This document shows positions 29,411 through 38,151 of a stretch of DNA of 64,000 bases, one piece after another. Source of the stretch: Deinococcota bacterium (GTDB lineage Bacteria > Deinococcota > Deinococci > Deinococcales > Thermaceae); assembly GCA_041695225.1 (NCBI GenBank), contig JBGFRI010000003.1:32001-96000 (forward strand), given 5' to 3'. A program made the translations under genes and the position numbers. Each line of letters starts with the position of its first letter. The first letter of the stretch is position 1. The notes under the pieces are model-generated. The model was not told the origin of the DNA and made no database searches. It worked only from the letters and a program-made list of their open reading frames with translations.

Positions 29411-29844
29411 CACCTGTCGAGCAACGCCTGGTAAGCCGGCTCTACCGGCTTACCCCACCTGAGCGGCATGTCCTGAAGCGACAGGTAGGCCGGCCCGGCC
29501 TGAGCCCAGAGGCTATAGTCCTGCTGAGCATCCTGGGCCAGTATCCCCAGCCCCCGGAGATCGTCAACCGCTGGGCCACTTTATGGTCGCTCTGGCCCAT
29601 TGATAACCCCCAACGCCCCCTTCCGCTGGCCCTGCGCCAGGGCAATACTGCCCGGTCCGAGTTTCAACGCCTGCTGGGTGCAGCCAGTCCCCAGGAAGTC
29701 CTGGCCCGGCTGGAGCATCTCTTCAAAGCAGAGAAAGTGTTGGGAGGGCTGGACTATAACGGCCTGCTCAACGACCTGACCCGGTGGTACGAGCCTGGCC
29801 GCCCGGTCCAGCTAAACTGGGCTCAAACCTGGAGAAATACATGA
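29404..29844 (+). CDS. cse2: type I-E small subunit Cas11 (Cse2/CasB)
   Basis: Operon position; FQRLL, LDYNGLLNDL and VQLNWAQ motifs. Confidence 0.85.
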   Translation: MVTPVEQRLVSRLYRLTPPERHVLKRQVGRPGLSPEAIVLLSILGQYPQPPEIVNRWATLWSLWPIDNPQRPLPLALRQGNTARSEFQRLLGAASPQEVLARLEHLFKAEKVLGGLDYNGLLNDLTRWYEPGRPVQLNWAQTWRNT

Positions 29845-31145
29845 TCAAACAGAGACTACCCCGTATCGAGATACACGTCATCCAGACCCTGCCCCCTGGC
29901 CGTTACAACAGCGGCGAGAGCGGGGAGCAGAAGACCGCCCGCTTCGGCGGCACCCGGCGCACCCGGATCAGCAGCCAGAGCTGGGGCCGGGCTATGCGGG
30001 AGCGGCTGCGGGAACTGAGCCACCCCACCGCCGAGCAGACCCGCCACCTGGTAGGCTGGATCAACCAGCACCTGCGGCAGCGCGGCATCATGGAAAGCGG
30101 CCTGGCCAGGCTGGTTGTCGGGGCCATCATCGCCACCGAGACCACCACCCGCCAGGGACGCATTGTCTACAAAACCAACACGAACCTCACGCTGATGCCC
30201 TCTGAGGCCCTGGCTCTGGTAGACCTGATCGAGGCCAACCAGGAAGCGCTAAGCAAGCTCCTCGAGCAGGATGTGTCCAGTCGAGGCAAGAGCCGCACTG
30301 AACTGGAAGCCCAGCTCCGCGAGGCAGAAGCAAAATACGGTGAAAAACCGCCTCGGGGTAGCGAGGGCGCTAAAATCCTGGGCAAGCTGCGCCGCATTCT
30401 GGAAGAGATCCAGGCTGAGGCGGAGCCGACCGTCAAGCTGCCCGAGCACCTGATCCAGGCCGTACAAAGCGTCTTCGGCAAAGGACCGATGTCGCTGGAC
30501 GTAGCCCTGTTTGGCCGGATGATGGCCGAGATTCCCACTGCCAAACGCATCGAGGGGGCGCTGGACTACGCCGATGCCCTGAGTGTCCACGCCACTGAGC
30601 CCGAGGTAGACTACTTTATCGCTGCCGATACCTTAAGCCAGGAGTTTGAGCAAGAGGCGAGTAATGCGATGGTAGGCAACACTTCCTTCGAGTCTGGCAC
30701 CACCTTCTACCGGTATCTCAAGCTCGAGACCAGCCGCTTGCGGACCAACCTGGCCGACGGCTACCGCCCGGAGTATGCCGGAGATGTGATCAAAGCTATC
30801 CTGACTGCTCTACCCAGAGCTGGAACCAGCCGCCACGGCAACTTCGGCAGTCCCAACTATGTCCTGGTCAAGATCGGTGACCACACCCCGCTCAACCTGA
30901 TGGGGGCCTTTGAACGCCCAGTTGAACCAGCCCTGGCCGGAGGTATCGTAGACACAGCCATCCAGGCCCTGCTGGCCCACGAGCAGCTGATCCGCCGTAA
31001 GCTGGCCAGCCTGGGCCGCCCGCTGGAAACAGTCGTTCTGGACTTTACCGACCGCCACCCCGCTTTTACTACAGTCGCCGACCTGGACGATCTATCCGAC
31101 CGGGTAGTGCAGACCCTCAAGGCACAGGTTGTCGAGGTGGCCTGA
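29841..31145 (+). CDS. cas7: type I-E Cas7 (Cse4/CasC)
   Basis: IEIHVIQ, RTRISSQSW, DVALFGRM, DYFIAAD and FYRY motifs. Confidence 0.95.
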   Translation: MIKQRLPRIEIHVIQTLPPGRYNSGESGEQKTARFGGTRRTRISSQSWGRAMRERLRELSHPTAEQTRHLVGWINQHLRQRGIMESGLARLVVGAIIATETTTRQGRIVYKTNTNLTLMPSEALALVDLIEANQEALSKLLEQDVSSRGKSRTELEAQLREAEAKYGEKPPRGSEGAKILGKLRRILEEIQAEAEPTVKLPEHLIQAVQSVFGKGPMSLDVALFGRMMAEIPTAKRIEGALDYADALSVHATEPEVDYFIAADTLSQEFEQEASNAMVGNTSFESGTTFYRYLKLETSRLRTNLADGYRPEYAGDVIKAILTALPRAGTSRHGNFGSPNYVLVKIGDHTPLNLMGAFERPVEPALAGGIVDTAIQALLAHEQLIRRKLASLGRPLETVVLDFTDRHPAFTTVADLDDLSDRVVQTLKAQVVEVA

Positions 31146-31666
31146 TGCCCACGCCTCACCAGGAAGCCACCCTGGTAATCCGCCTGGCCGGCCCCCAGCA
31201 GTCCTGGGGAGTGGCCGGTATTGGCGATGTCCGGCCCAGCGCTACCAGACCGACTAAAAGCGGGGTGGCCGGACTTATTGCTGCCGCCCTGGGCCGCAGC
31301 ACTGAGGAGCCCAGAGATGATCTGATGGCTCTAAGAATGGAGGTTCATGTAGTACGTCCGGGCTATCTGGAGGAAGACTTCCAGGTCACACAGAACATCA
31401 TCCGCACCGATCAGAGCGGGCGTCAGCCCACCGCTATCAGCTGGCGGCAGTACCTGGCAGATGCCGAGTTTCTGGTAGCTTTGACCGGTGACCGGGCACT
31501 CCTCAAGCAAATTGAGGCAGCCCTTCAACGTCCTGTTATCGCGCCATCGCTAGGACGACGCGGATATTTTCCGACCAAGCCTCTACTGGCCGGTAAAGCT
31601 GGTAAGATGTCAGCCGGCATAGCCTTTAACCGTGCTATCGAGGAAGATATTTTTGCCGGGAATTGA
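31145..31666 (+). CDS. cas5: type I-E Cas5 (CasD), short
   Basis: LAGPQQSWG, PTKSGVAGLIAAALG, RQYLADA.F and LGRR motifs. Confidence 0.93.
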   Translation: MPTPHQEATLVIRLAGPQQSWGVAGIGDVRPSATRPTKSGVAGLIAAALGRSTEEPRDDLMALRMEVHVVRPGYLEEDFQVTQNIIRTDQSGRQPTAISWRQYLADAEFLVALTGDRALLKQIEAALQRPVIAPSLGRRGYFPTKPLLAGKAGKMSAGIAFNRAIEEDIFAGN

Positions 31667-31693
31667 GCTGCCTGCTACCCGGTAATCGTGTAC

Positions 31694-31748
31694 CTTGACA
31701 AAGAGACTTCAGGGGGGCTGACAGGGCAATTATGCCGTGTTGGTCAAG
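31694..31748 (+). promoter_or_regulatory. CRISPR leader (array 2)
   Basis: Homologous to the array 1 leader. Confidence 0.8.
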
Positions 31749-32081
31749 GGTCTCCCTACGGGCGTGGGGGTGTACCGCTGTAAGCGAGCCGGGGCGAACT
31801 ATGGCTAGTCCTCTCCCTACGTGAGTGGGGGTTTACCGACCAGAGCTGCAGCGGTTCATGTCCTGTTTTCGTCTTCCCTACAGGTGTGGGAGTGTACCCG
31901 AGCGCAACCAAGTCTTCAGCTCAGCAGAAGTTCTTCTCCCTACAGATGTGGGGGTTATTAACCCAATCATCCGCGCAAGCCCCTACCTTCAGGTATTTGC
32001 GCGGATGATCTGGTCACCAGATTCCTGCATCAAAGATCCGATACCCACCAGCATTTTCCCCACACACATGGGCATATACCA
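31749..32081 (+). CRISPR. degenerate type I-E array 2: 5 repeats, 4 spacers; repeat 4 split by a 58-bp insertion
   Basis: Repeats at 31749, 31810, 31871, 31933 (completed by 32016-32019) and 32053; spacers 32, 32, 33, 33 nt. Confidence 0.85.
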
Positions 32082-32140
32082 AGAAACTGCTTGTGCTTGT
32101 CTTCGCTACCGCATGATAGACTATTTCATGATAGGAGGAG

Positions 32141-33364
32141 ATGATAATGAAAATAGTCTATGGCGACCGCGGCCCCGAGATCTGGTCCCGGGGCAGCCTG
32201 GTGGGGTACCACTACGAACGGGGTCCTCAGGTACCGCTAGAAATAAGCGGTGGGAACCTCGAGACCATTAAGCAAGTAGCTCTTGAGCTACACAAGCAGC
32301 CTGCACACCGGCTTATGGCCCATCAGCTATACTTCTGGCTCATGGGCGCGAAACTCCCTGAGGGATATAAACCTTTAGGGGATGCTCTGGGAGTTGCCGA
32401 TGGTCAGTTGTATTTCTTAGGGGCTCTAGCCAGCCGCCAGGCCATCCGAGAGAACTGGGCTCTGGCCTTGAAAAACTTCCCAATGGACTGGTGGCCAGCA
32501 TTGCGGCTGTGGCTGCTCTTCCCCTGGAGAGGGCTTGATCAGAGGGTTGTAGATGGCCTGCCAGGCGGGGTTCTCTGTAATGAGCGTCTCCTCCTCTCAC
32601 AGGATGGCACCCTTCTTTACGAGGAAGGAGACCTCGATCCCTACTCGGACCTTCTGGAGTGGTTGGAGGGCCAGCCCCTTGAGGCCGCCCTTGAGCTGAA
32701 TATACCGGCAGTAGCTGGATGGAAAGTCAATCCAGAGGCGCCACCTATCGCTGGCGTACTGGCACACTGGTACAGGGATGGAAAACCCTGGTTGCTGGGA
32801 TCGGCCTTCAATAAGGTCTGGCTCCTGGGGCCCAGAGTAACAGTCTGCCTGAAGCCATCCGCCAAAAAGGTGCTTCGGGAAGCACTCGAGGCCGATCATC
32901 TATCACCAGATGACCCCACCTGTGTCTTCTGGGCGCAAGCCACTACCGGAAAAGGTCTTGCCGTAAAGCCAGGTCATGCAAACCTTGTCAGGCGCCTGGA
33001 TTCTTTCCAGTTGTTTTCTGGCAAGAAAACTCGCTGGGTTACGTTGAACAATCAGGCCTACGAAACGTCAGTACCCTTCACCAGGGCCCTGGAGGAGGGA
33101 TGGCTAAATCCCGGTGAGATGTCTACCTGGTTGCTTCGTGAGGGTGGGCAAAAGGCTCTTGAACACTCACACAAGCACCCAATGGAGTACGTTGGCCAGC
33201 TGCAAGGGAACAACGTATACCTGGGCAAAGCGTTCGACCGATGGGAGCTGAGAACTAGTAGCCATCGTATTGGCATCTACTCTTCTCGGCAAGATGCCCA
33301 TACTGCGGTAGTCCGGAACGGCCTGGCCAGCCTGTGGGCCATGGAGCGCTTGGTGGCGCTCTAA
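32141..33364 (+). CDS. hypothetical protein, paralog family member 1
   Basis: Shares FW..G...Y.P....LG and L.P.DPT...W..A..GK with 40229-41480 and 54788-56020. Confidence 0.8.
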   Translation: MIMKIVYGDRGPEIWSRGSLVGYHYERGPQVPLEISGGNLETIKQVALELHKQPAHRLMAHQLYFWLMGAKLPEGYKPLGDALGVADGQLYFLGALASRQAIRENWALALKNFPMDWWPALRLWLLFPWRGLDQRVVDGLPGGVLCNERLLLSQDGTLLYEEGDLDPYSDLLEWLEGQPLEAALELNIPAVAGWKVNPEAPPIAGVLAHWYRDGKPWLLGSAFNKVWLLGPRVTVCLKPSAKKVLREALEADHLSPDDPTCVFWAQATTGKGLAVKPGHANLVRRLDSFQLFSGKKTRWVTLNNQAYETSVPFTRALEEGWLNPGEMSTWLLREGGQKALEHSHKHPMEYVGQLQGNNVYLGKAFDRWELRTSSHRIGIYSSRQDAHTAVVRNGLASLWAMERLVAL

Positions 33365-33466
33365 GTAGCTACATCAGCTATGCGGTGCCATACCCAAAGG
33401 TATGGCGCCGCTCTGCTTAATCACAAAAAAGAGACCCCAAAAGGTCTCTTTTTGCTCCTGCTGCGC

Positions 33467-33877
33467 CTACGGCAAAGTCGCCCAGAGAGGCCTCATCTCC
33501 CTCGAGCCGGAGTAAGAGGGCTCAAGGGTATGCCCCTCCAGCGAGGCCTCCCCTTTGTGCAGGACAACTGTAATCAGGGCCTCCTGGGCCTCGATTCCGC
33601 TCAGCCTGTCCAGTAGCTCCTGTAAGGGAAGGTCTTCCAGGTCGGCGAAGTCACCGAGCCCCTCAATCTCTGCAGCGCTGTAGACCGACGCCTCAATCTT
33701 CCGAGGCGACTTTAGAATCACCTCGAGGCCCTGGCCCTGCTCCTCCAGAACCTGGGCGGCTCTTTTTAGAAGCGCCAGCTCCTGCTGGACAGCTCCCCAG
33801 CTAGTCTCGTCCAGGGCCACTACAATTTGCCCGGACATTTGTTCGTCTGCCGTAAACCCGTATCCATGAATGAACAT
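33467..33877 (-). CDS. hypothetical protein
   Basis: GGAGGTG RBS and GATAGG promoter motif. Confidence 0.65.
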   Translation of the reverse strand: MFIHGYGFTADEQMSGQIVVALDETSWGAVQQELALLKRAAQVLEEQGQGLEVILKSPRKIEASVYSAAEIEGLGDFADLEDLPLQELLDRLSGIEAQEALITVVLHKGEASLEGHTLEPSYSGSREMRPLWATLP

Positions 33878-33946
33878 GCTCACCTCCGATAGGGGTCTCC
33901 TATCGGCATATATTATACATCTGGCTTCCTGGTATGATCCGTTCTT

Positions 33947-33979
33947 TCTTACACCCAAACCCTAACCATGGGTGTAAGA
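33947..33979. promoter_or_regulatory. palindromic site TCTTACACCCA-N11-TGGGTGTAAGA (copy 2)
   Basis: Lies between divergent promoters; same geometry as copy 1. Confidence 0.6.
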
Positions 33980-34028
33980 CGCTGCCATCTCCCACTCTGA
34001 TATATAATGCTCCCCGATAGGAGGAGTA

Positions 34029-36014
34029 ATGGAAAACAAACTCAGTTTCAAGCAGTTCATAGAGCGATTCGGCACCGAGCTGGTAGCCCAGGCCGAGGCC
34101 GCCCTCCCACCCATAGTCACCCAGCCCCTGTATCGGAAGTCTGGGCGCACTCCCAAGGGCCAGCAGGCCCTGGCTTCTGCCGGGTTGCTCCAGCGGCTTC
34201 AACAGGGCCAGGCCATCACCTATCTCCCTGCCGAGATGTCTACGGGTAAAAGCAAAATTGCCCTGGACGCAGTGCTGGCCTACCAGCCCCAAGGGCGCAC
34301 CCTGGTTCTCTGCCCACCCCACCTCGTAGAGAAGTGGAAAAGGGAGGCCGAACTCGAGGGTGCCAGGGGAATAATTCTCAACTCCCCTGCTGACGTGAGG
34401 GCCCTGGCCTCAATGGATGGCCCGTTGGTGGCCGTCCTCTCGCGGGAGAAGGCCAAGCTCGGCTCTGGGTGGAAGCCCGCCGTAACCTGGCGGCGAGGGC
34501 TCCCCACCTGCCCCGACTGCTCCCGGCTGGTTATCGACAAGGACAGGCTGCCCCTAACCCAGTCCGCACTTGAGCGAAAACGCCACTTCTGCAAGTGCGG
34601 CTCTGCCCTCTGGCAGCAGGTAGGCTCAGCCCGGGTTCCCCTGGCCGATTACCTGAAGCGCATCATCCCCAGGGGTTTCTTCAAGACTATGATCCTTGAC
34701 GAGGCCCACGAGTACAAAGCAGGGGACAGCGCTCAGGGTATCGTAGCAGGCAGCCTGGGCTTCTGGGTCGGCCAGGTGCTGGCCCTCACCGGAACCCTGT
34801 TTGGCGGCTACGCCAGCAACCTGTTCCACCTGTTATGGCGGTACATGCCCGAGTTCCGGGCGAAGTACCGCCATAACGAGGCCGCTCGCTTCGTGGCCGA
34901 GTATGGCCTGCTCGAGCGGGTCACCCGCGAGGCAGACTACCGGGATGGCCGGGTCAGCCGGCGCAAGGAGCGTAGCAGCCATACCAGGGAGCGGCCGGGG
35001 CTCTCCCCCTTGTTGCTGCCCTGGCTACTACCAGCCAGCGCCTTTGTGCGTCTGACCGATGTGGTGGAGGGTCTGCCGCCCTACGAAGAGCAAGTGCAAC
35101 TGCTCCAGATGGACGGATTCCACCAGGGGCAGATAAAGCACTTCTACGACGACCTCAAAGAAGCGGTAAACGCAGCCCTCGTCCGGGGCTCCAGGCGGCT
35201 GCTGGGAGCCTATCTGCAAGCTGGCCTATCGGTACCAGATGCACCCTGGGAACCCACCGAGGTAGTCGAGCCCGATACCAAGAGGGTAGTGGCCTCCTAC
35301 GACCCTCTGCCAGGCGAGTACCAGCACGCCAAGGAGCGCGAGCTTCTGGATCTGGTTTGCCGTGAGCAAGCAGGGGGCCGCCGGGTGCTGGTCTACGTCC
35401 AGAACACCCGGGTGCGTGACCAGCTCAGCCGCCTGAAGGCCCAGCTCGAGAACCAGGGCCTCCGGGTAGCGGTACTGCGGGCCGAGACCGTACCCGCAGC
35501 CAGGCGGGAGGCCTGGCTGGCCCAACAGGTGAACCAGGGAGTGGACGTGGTGCTCGCCCACCCCCGCCTGGTGCAGACCGGCCTGGATCTGATCGATTTC
35601 CCCACCCTGGTCTTTTACCAGGTGGAGTATTCGGTCTACACCCTGCGCCAGGCTGCCCGTCGCAGCTGGCGGATCGGGCAGACCCAGCCGGTGCGGGTAG
35701 TCTTCATGGGCTACCAGCAGACCCTGCAGGCAGGGGCTTACAGCCTGATCGCCACCAAGGCCCGCAGTAGTCTAGCCCTCGAGGGGGAGCTGGTAGAGGG
35801 TGGCCTGGTAGCCGCGGCGGAGGAGGATCCCCTGCTCCTGCTGGCCCGCAGTCTGATCAGTCAGACTGATCTGGACTGGCGGGGCAGCCGCCTGGGACTC
35901 GAGAAACTACCAGACCGACAGGTAGAGCTGCCTCTGCTTGCCACCCCCCGCTGGGTCGGTGCAGGCAAAAGCCGGGTACTCCTGCCGGCCGGGCAGCCGG
36001 TCCTGTTTTCCTGA
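34029..36014 (+). CDS. SF2 (SNF2-like) helicase with Zn-finger insert
   Basis: EMSTGKS, CPDC..CKC, LDEAH, LTGT, TGLDL and QAARRSWRIGQ motifs. Confidence 0.9.
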   Translation: MENKLSFKQFIERFGTELVAQAEAALPPIVTQPLYRKSGRTPKGQQALASAGLLQRLQQGQAITYLPAEMSTGKSKIALDAVLAYQPQGRTLVLCPPHLVEKWKREAELEGARGIILNSPADVRALASMDGPLVAVLSREKAKLGSGWKPAVTWRRGLPTCPDCSRLVIDKDRLPLTQSALERKRHFCKCGSALWQQVGSARVPLADYLKRIIPRGFFKTMILDEAHEYKAGDSAQGIVAGSLGFWVGQVLALTGTLFGGYASNLFHLLWRYMPEFRAKYRHNEAARFVAEYGLLERVTREADYRDGRVSRRKERSSHTRERPGLSPLLLPWLLPASAFVRLTDVVEGLPPYEEQVQLLQMDGFHQGQIKHFYDDLKEAVNAALVRGSRRLLGAYLQAGLSVPDAPWEPTEVVEPDTKRVVASYDPLPGEYQHAKERELLDLVCREQAGGRRVLVYVQNTRVRDQLSRLKAQLENQGLRVAVLRAETVPAARREAWLAQQVNQGVDVVLAHPRLVQTGLDLIDFPTLVFYQVEYSVYTLRQAARRSWRIGQTQPVRVVFMGYQQTLQAGAYSLIATKARSSLALEGELVEGGLVAAAEEDPLLLLARSLISQTDLDWRGSRLGLEKLPDRQVELPLLATPRWVGAGKSRVLLPAGQPVLFS

Positions 36015-36112
36015 TCAAGCAGCCACAGCAGAAAAACCGGGGCTTCGGCCCCGGTCTTGTTGTTAATAGCGCTACAGGAATATATACTACATCGTGATAG
36101 GAGGAGAAGAAT

Positions 36113-37048
36113 ATGCGAATAGCCGCCAAAGCAAAAGCTGGTTTCTACCCCACCCCCCGGAGGGTGGTTGAACTCATCCAGTCCCGCATTGCAGGACTGG
36201 GAGATCTGCTGGATCCCTGCGCCGGAGAGGGGGATGCCATCAAGGCCCTCTCCATCAGCACCCAGTGTAGGGCACTGGCCATTGAGTTATCCCAAACCCG
36301 GGCTGCCAGGTGCCGCGAGAAGGGGCTCCAGACCCAGCAGGGAGATTCCCTGCAATACGAAGGAGGCGGCTTCGGCTTGCTCTACCTCAACCCCCCCTAC
36401 GACGATGGGGAAGGTGAGCGACTTGAGTACACCTTCCTCAAACACTGGACGCCCGCCCTGCGACCCAGTGGATTGCTGGTGTACTTGATCCCGGAACGGA
36501 TTCTGCCCCGGGTGGCCGACTTCCTGACTGCCTGGTACGGCGACCTCAGGGCAGTACGTTTTCCTGAGCCGGAGTACCAGGCCTTTAAGCAGATAGTCGT
36601 CTTCGGGAAAAAGCGGGAGGCGGTAGCCGCACCGGAAAGCCTCCAGGTTCAAGGGGTACTCGAGACCGGTAAAGACTGGAGCTACTGGTTTCCCGGAGGC
36701 ACTGGCTGGCTGATGCAGAAAACCGTCCCGGTGGAAGAAGCCCTGGCCCTAGCCAGCAAAAGCCCGCTCTGGGAGCCTTACCAAAGCCGCGCTCTCGAGG
36801 CGTTCCGGCCCCTCCTGCCTCTAAAACAGGCCCACCTGGCCCTACTAATCGCAGGTGGCATCATGGACAACCAGGTCGTGAACCTGGACGGAATGCCTCA
36901 TCTCATCAAAGGCCAGGTTCAAAAGACCGAAACCTTTGTGGAGGAAGAGGAAGAGGACGGCGGGACCAAAACGGTAGCCCGCGAGCGGTTTGAGGTCCAG
37001 GTAATAGCCCTGAACATGGCTACTGCTGAGATCCTGGAGGTGTCCTGA
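36113..37048 (+). CDS. DUF6094-like SAM-dependent (N6-adenine) methyltransferase
   Basis: GFYPTP, LDPCAGEG and LNPPY motifs. Confidence 0.85.
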   Translation: MRIAAKAKAGFYPTPRRVVELIQSRIAGLGDLLDPCAGEGDAIKALSISTQCRALAIELSQTRAARCREKGLQTQQGDSLQYEGGGFGLLYLNPPYDDGEGERLEYTFLKHWTPALRPSGLLVYLIPERILPRVADFLTAWYGDLRAVRFPEPEYQAFKQIVVFGKKREAVAAPESLQVQGVLETGKDWSYWFPGGTGWLMQKTVPVEEALALASKSPLWEPYQSRALEAFRPLLPLKQAHLALLIAGGIMDNQVVNLDGMPHLIKGQVQKTETFVEEEEEDGGTKTVARERFEVQVIALNMATAEILEVS

Positions 37049-37548
37049 TGAAGGTCACGATCAACGGGATCCCGGTAGTGCTGGATCGGCTGGCGGTGCA
37101 TCACGCCACTGGCATCCTGGTCTCAGTCGTGGGCGCTCGTGAGGCGGTTTATGCTGCCTACGGCGCCTACCAGCGTGCGCAAGGAATTACCTTGCCTCTT
37201 GACGGCCGGGACATCCGTGTAAACAGCCCCAGCCCGGTCAAAGGCCGCTTCACTACCCTGGCCCGAGGAGTAGTTCACGGTCTGTTCGTGAGGGAGAACC
37301 TTTCCGAATACTATCTGGTTCTCGAGCCCAACAACCCCGACCTGGCGGCAGAAGCCCGCTGGCTCTCCAACCAGATCGGACTACCCATTCTGCCTCACTG
37401 GGTACCAGAAGTGCGCAAGCTGCTGCCAAACCAGGCTTTAACCAGCTGGCGCATGGAGGTGTACTACCTCCCACGCTTCCGAGCCGAGGAAGTCAAGAAG
37501 GCAGTACAGAGCGCAGTAAGGAAGGGCCACCTGACGCTCCCACAGTAG
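37048..37548 (+). CDS. hypothetical protein coupled to the methylase
   Basis: TGATG overlap; GLPILPHW motif. Confidence 0.7.
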   Translation: MKVTINGIPVVLDRLAVHHATGILVSVVGAREAVYAAYGAYQRAQGITLPLDGRDIRVNSPSPVKGRFTTLARGVVHGLFVRENLSEYYLVLEPNNPDLAAEARWLSNQIGLPILPHWVPEVRKLLPNQALTSWRMEVYYLPRFRAEEVKKAVQSAVRKGHLTLPQ

Positions 37549-37617
37549 CCACAGCCCCAAAAAGAAGGAGTCCCTTTCGGGGACTCCTTCCTGCTGAGAT
37601 GGCGGCTAATCCTGCTA

Positions 37618-38151
37618 TCAAGCCGCCACTGCAGCCAGCCGCTCCTCCGGCCTATGTGCTTCAACTGCCCGGCAGACTGCCTCGAGGAACAGCCGGGGCA
37701 GGCGCGAGTAGTGCGCCAGCAGCCGCTGGCCCCGACCGGGCTGCTCCAGCCGACTGCTCACCAAAAGATCAAACTCCAGCCAGGCCCGCTCACGCACCAG
37801 CTTCTCGCTGGCTGCAAGCTGGTTGATCCAGTCCTGCGAGAGGGGCTCCTTCAAGCACCGCCTGGCGATTCCCACGGCCTCGGCCCGCTGCCACAGAACC
37901 TGGGGATCGCGCAGCGGCAGTCCCTCGGCCAGGTCGAGTTGCAGCAGGTCGGACAGACGGTACTCGATTCTGGGGTACTGGCCATTCTTTTGCAGGGCCC
38001 CATCCCGGACCAGATCCAGCAGGGCAGTGAGAATCGTGGCCTCAGCCAGCGATCCTCTGAGTCCCCAGTTATCGTGGGCGATCTTGTAGACTTGATCAAG
38101 GGTTTTCGGGCCGTCAGCAATAAGTTGTAGCAGCTGTTCACGCATGGTCAT
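37618..38151 (-). CDS. hypothetical protein (possible N-terminal wHTH)
   Basis: Overlaps the hypX stop codon. Confidence 0.6.
   Translation of the reverse strand: MTMREQLLQLIADGPKTLDQVYKIAHDNWGLRGSLAEATILTALLDLVRDGALQKNGQYPRIEYRLSDLLQLDLAEGLPLRDPQVLWQRAEAVGIARRCLKEPLSQDWINQLAASEKLVRERAWLEFDLLVSSRLEQPGRGQRLLAHYSRLPRLFLEAVCRAVEAHRPEERLAAVAA

Noticed and set aside
31145..31666. Cas5-HNH fusion
   Set aside because: Cas5 is short and has no HNH or Cys/His-rich C-terminal extension.
34029..36014. SF2 helicase as a Cas3, or a split Cas3 with the HD protein at 8768
   Set aside because: The motifs are SNF2-like (QAARRSWRIGQ, Zn insert, methylase neighbour) with no HD domain. The HD protein looks YfbR/YfdR-like and is 19 kb from Cascade.
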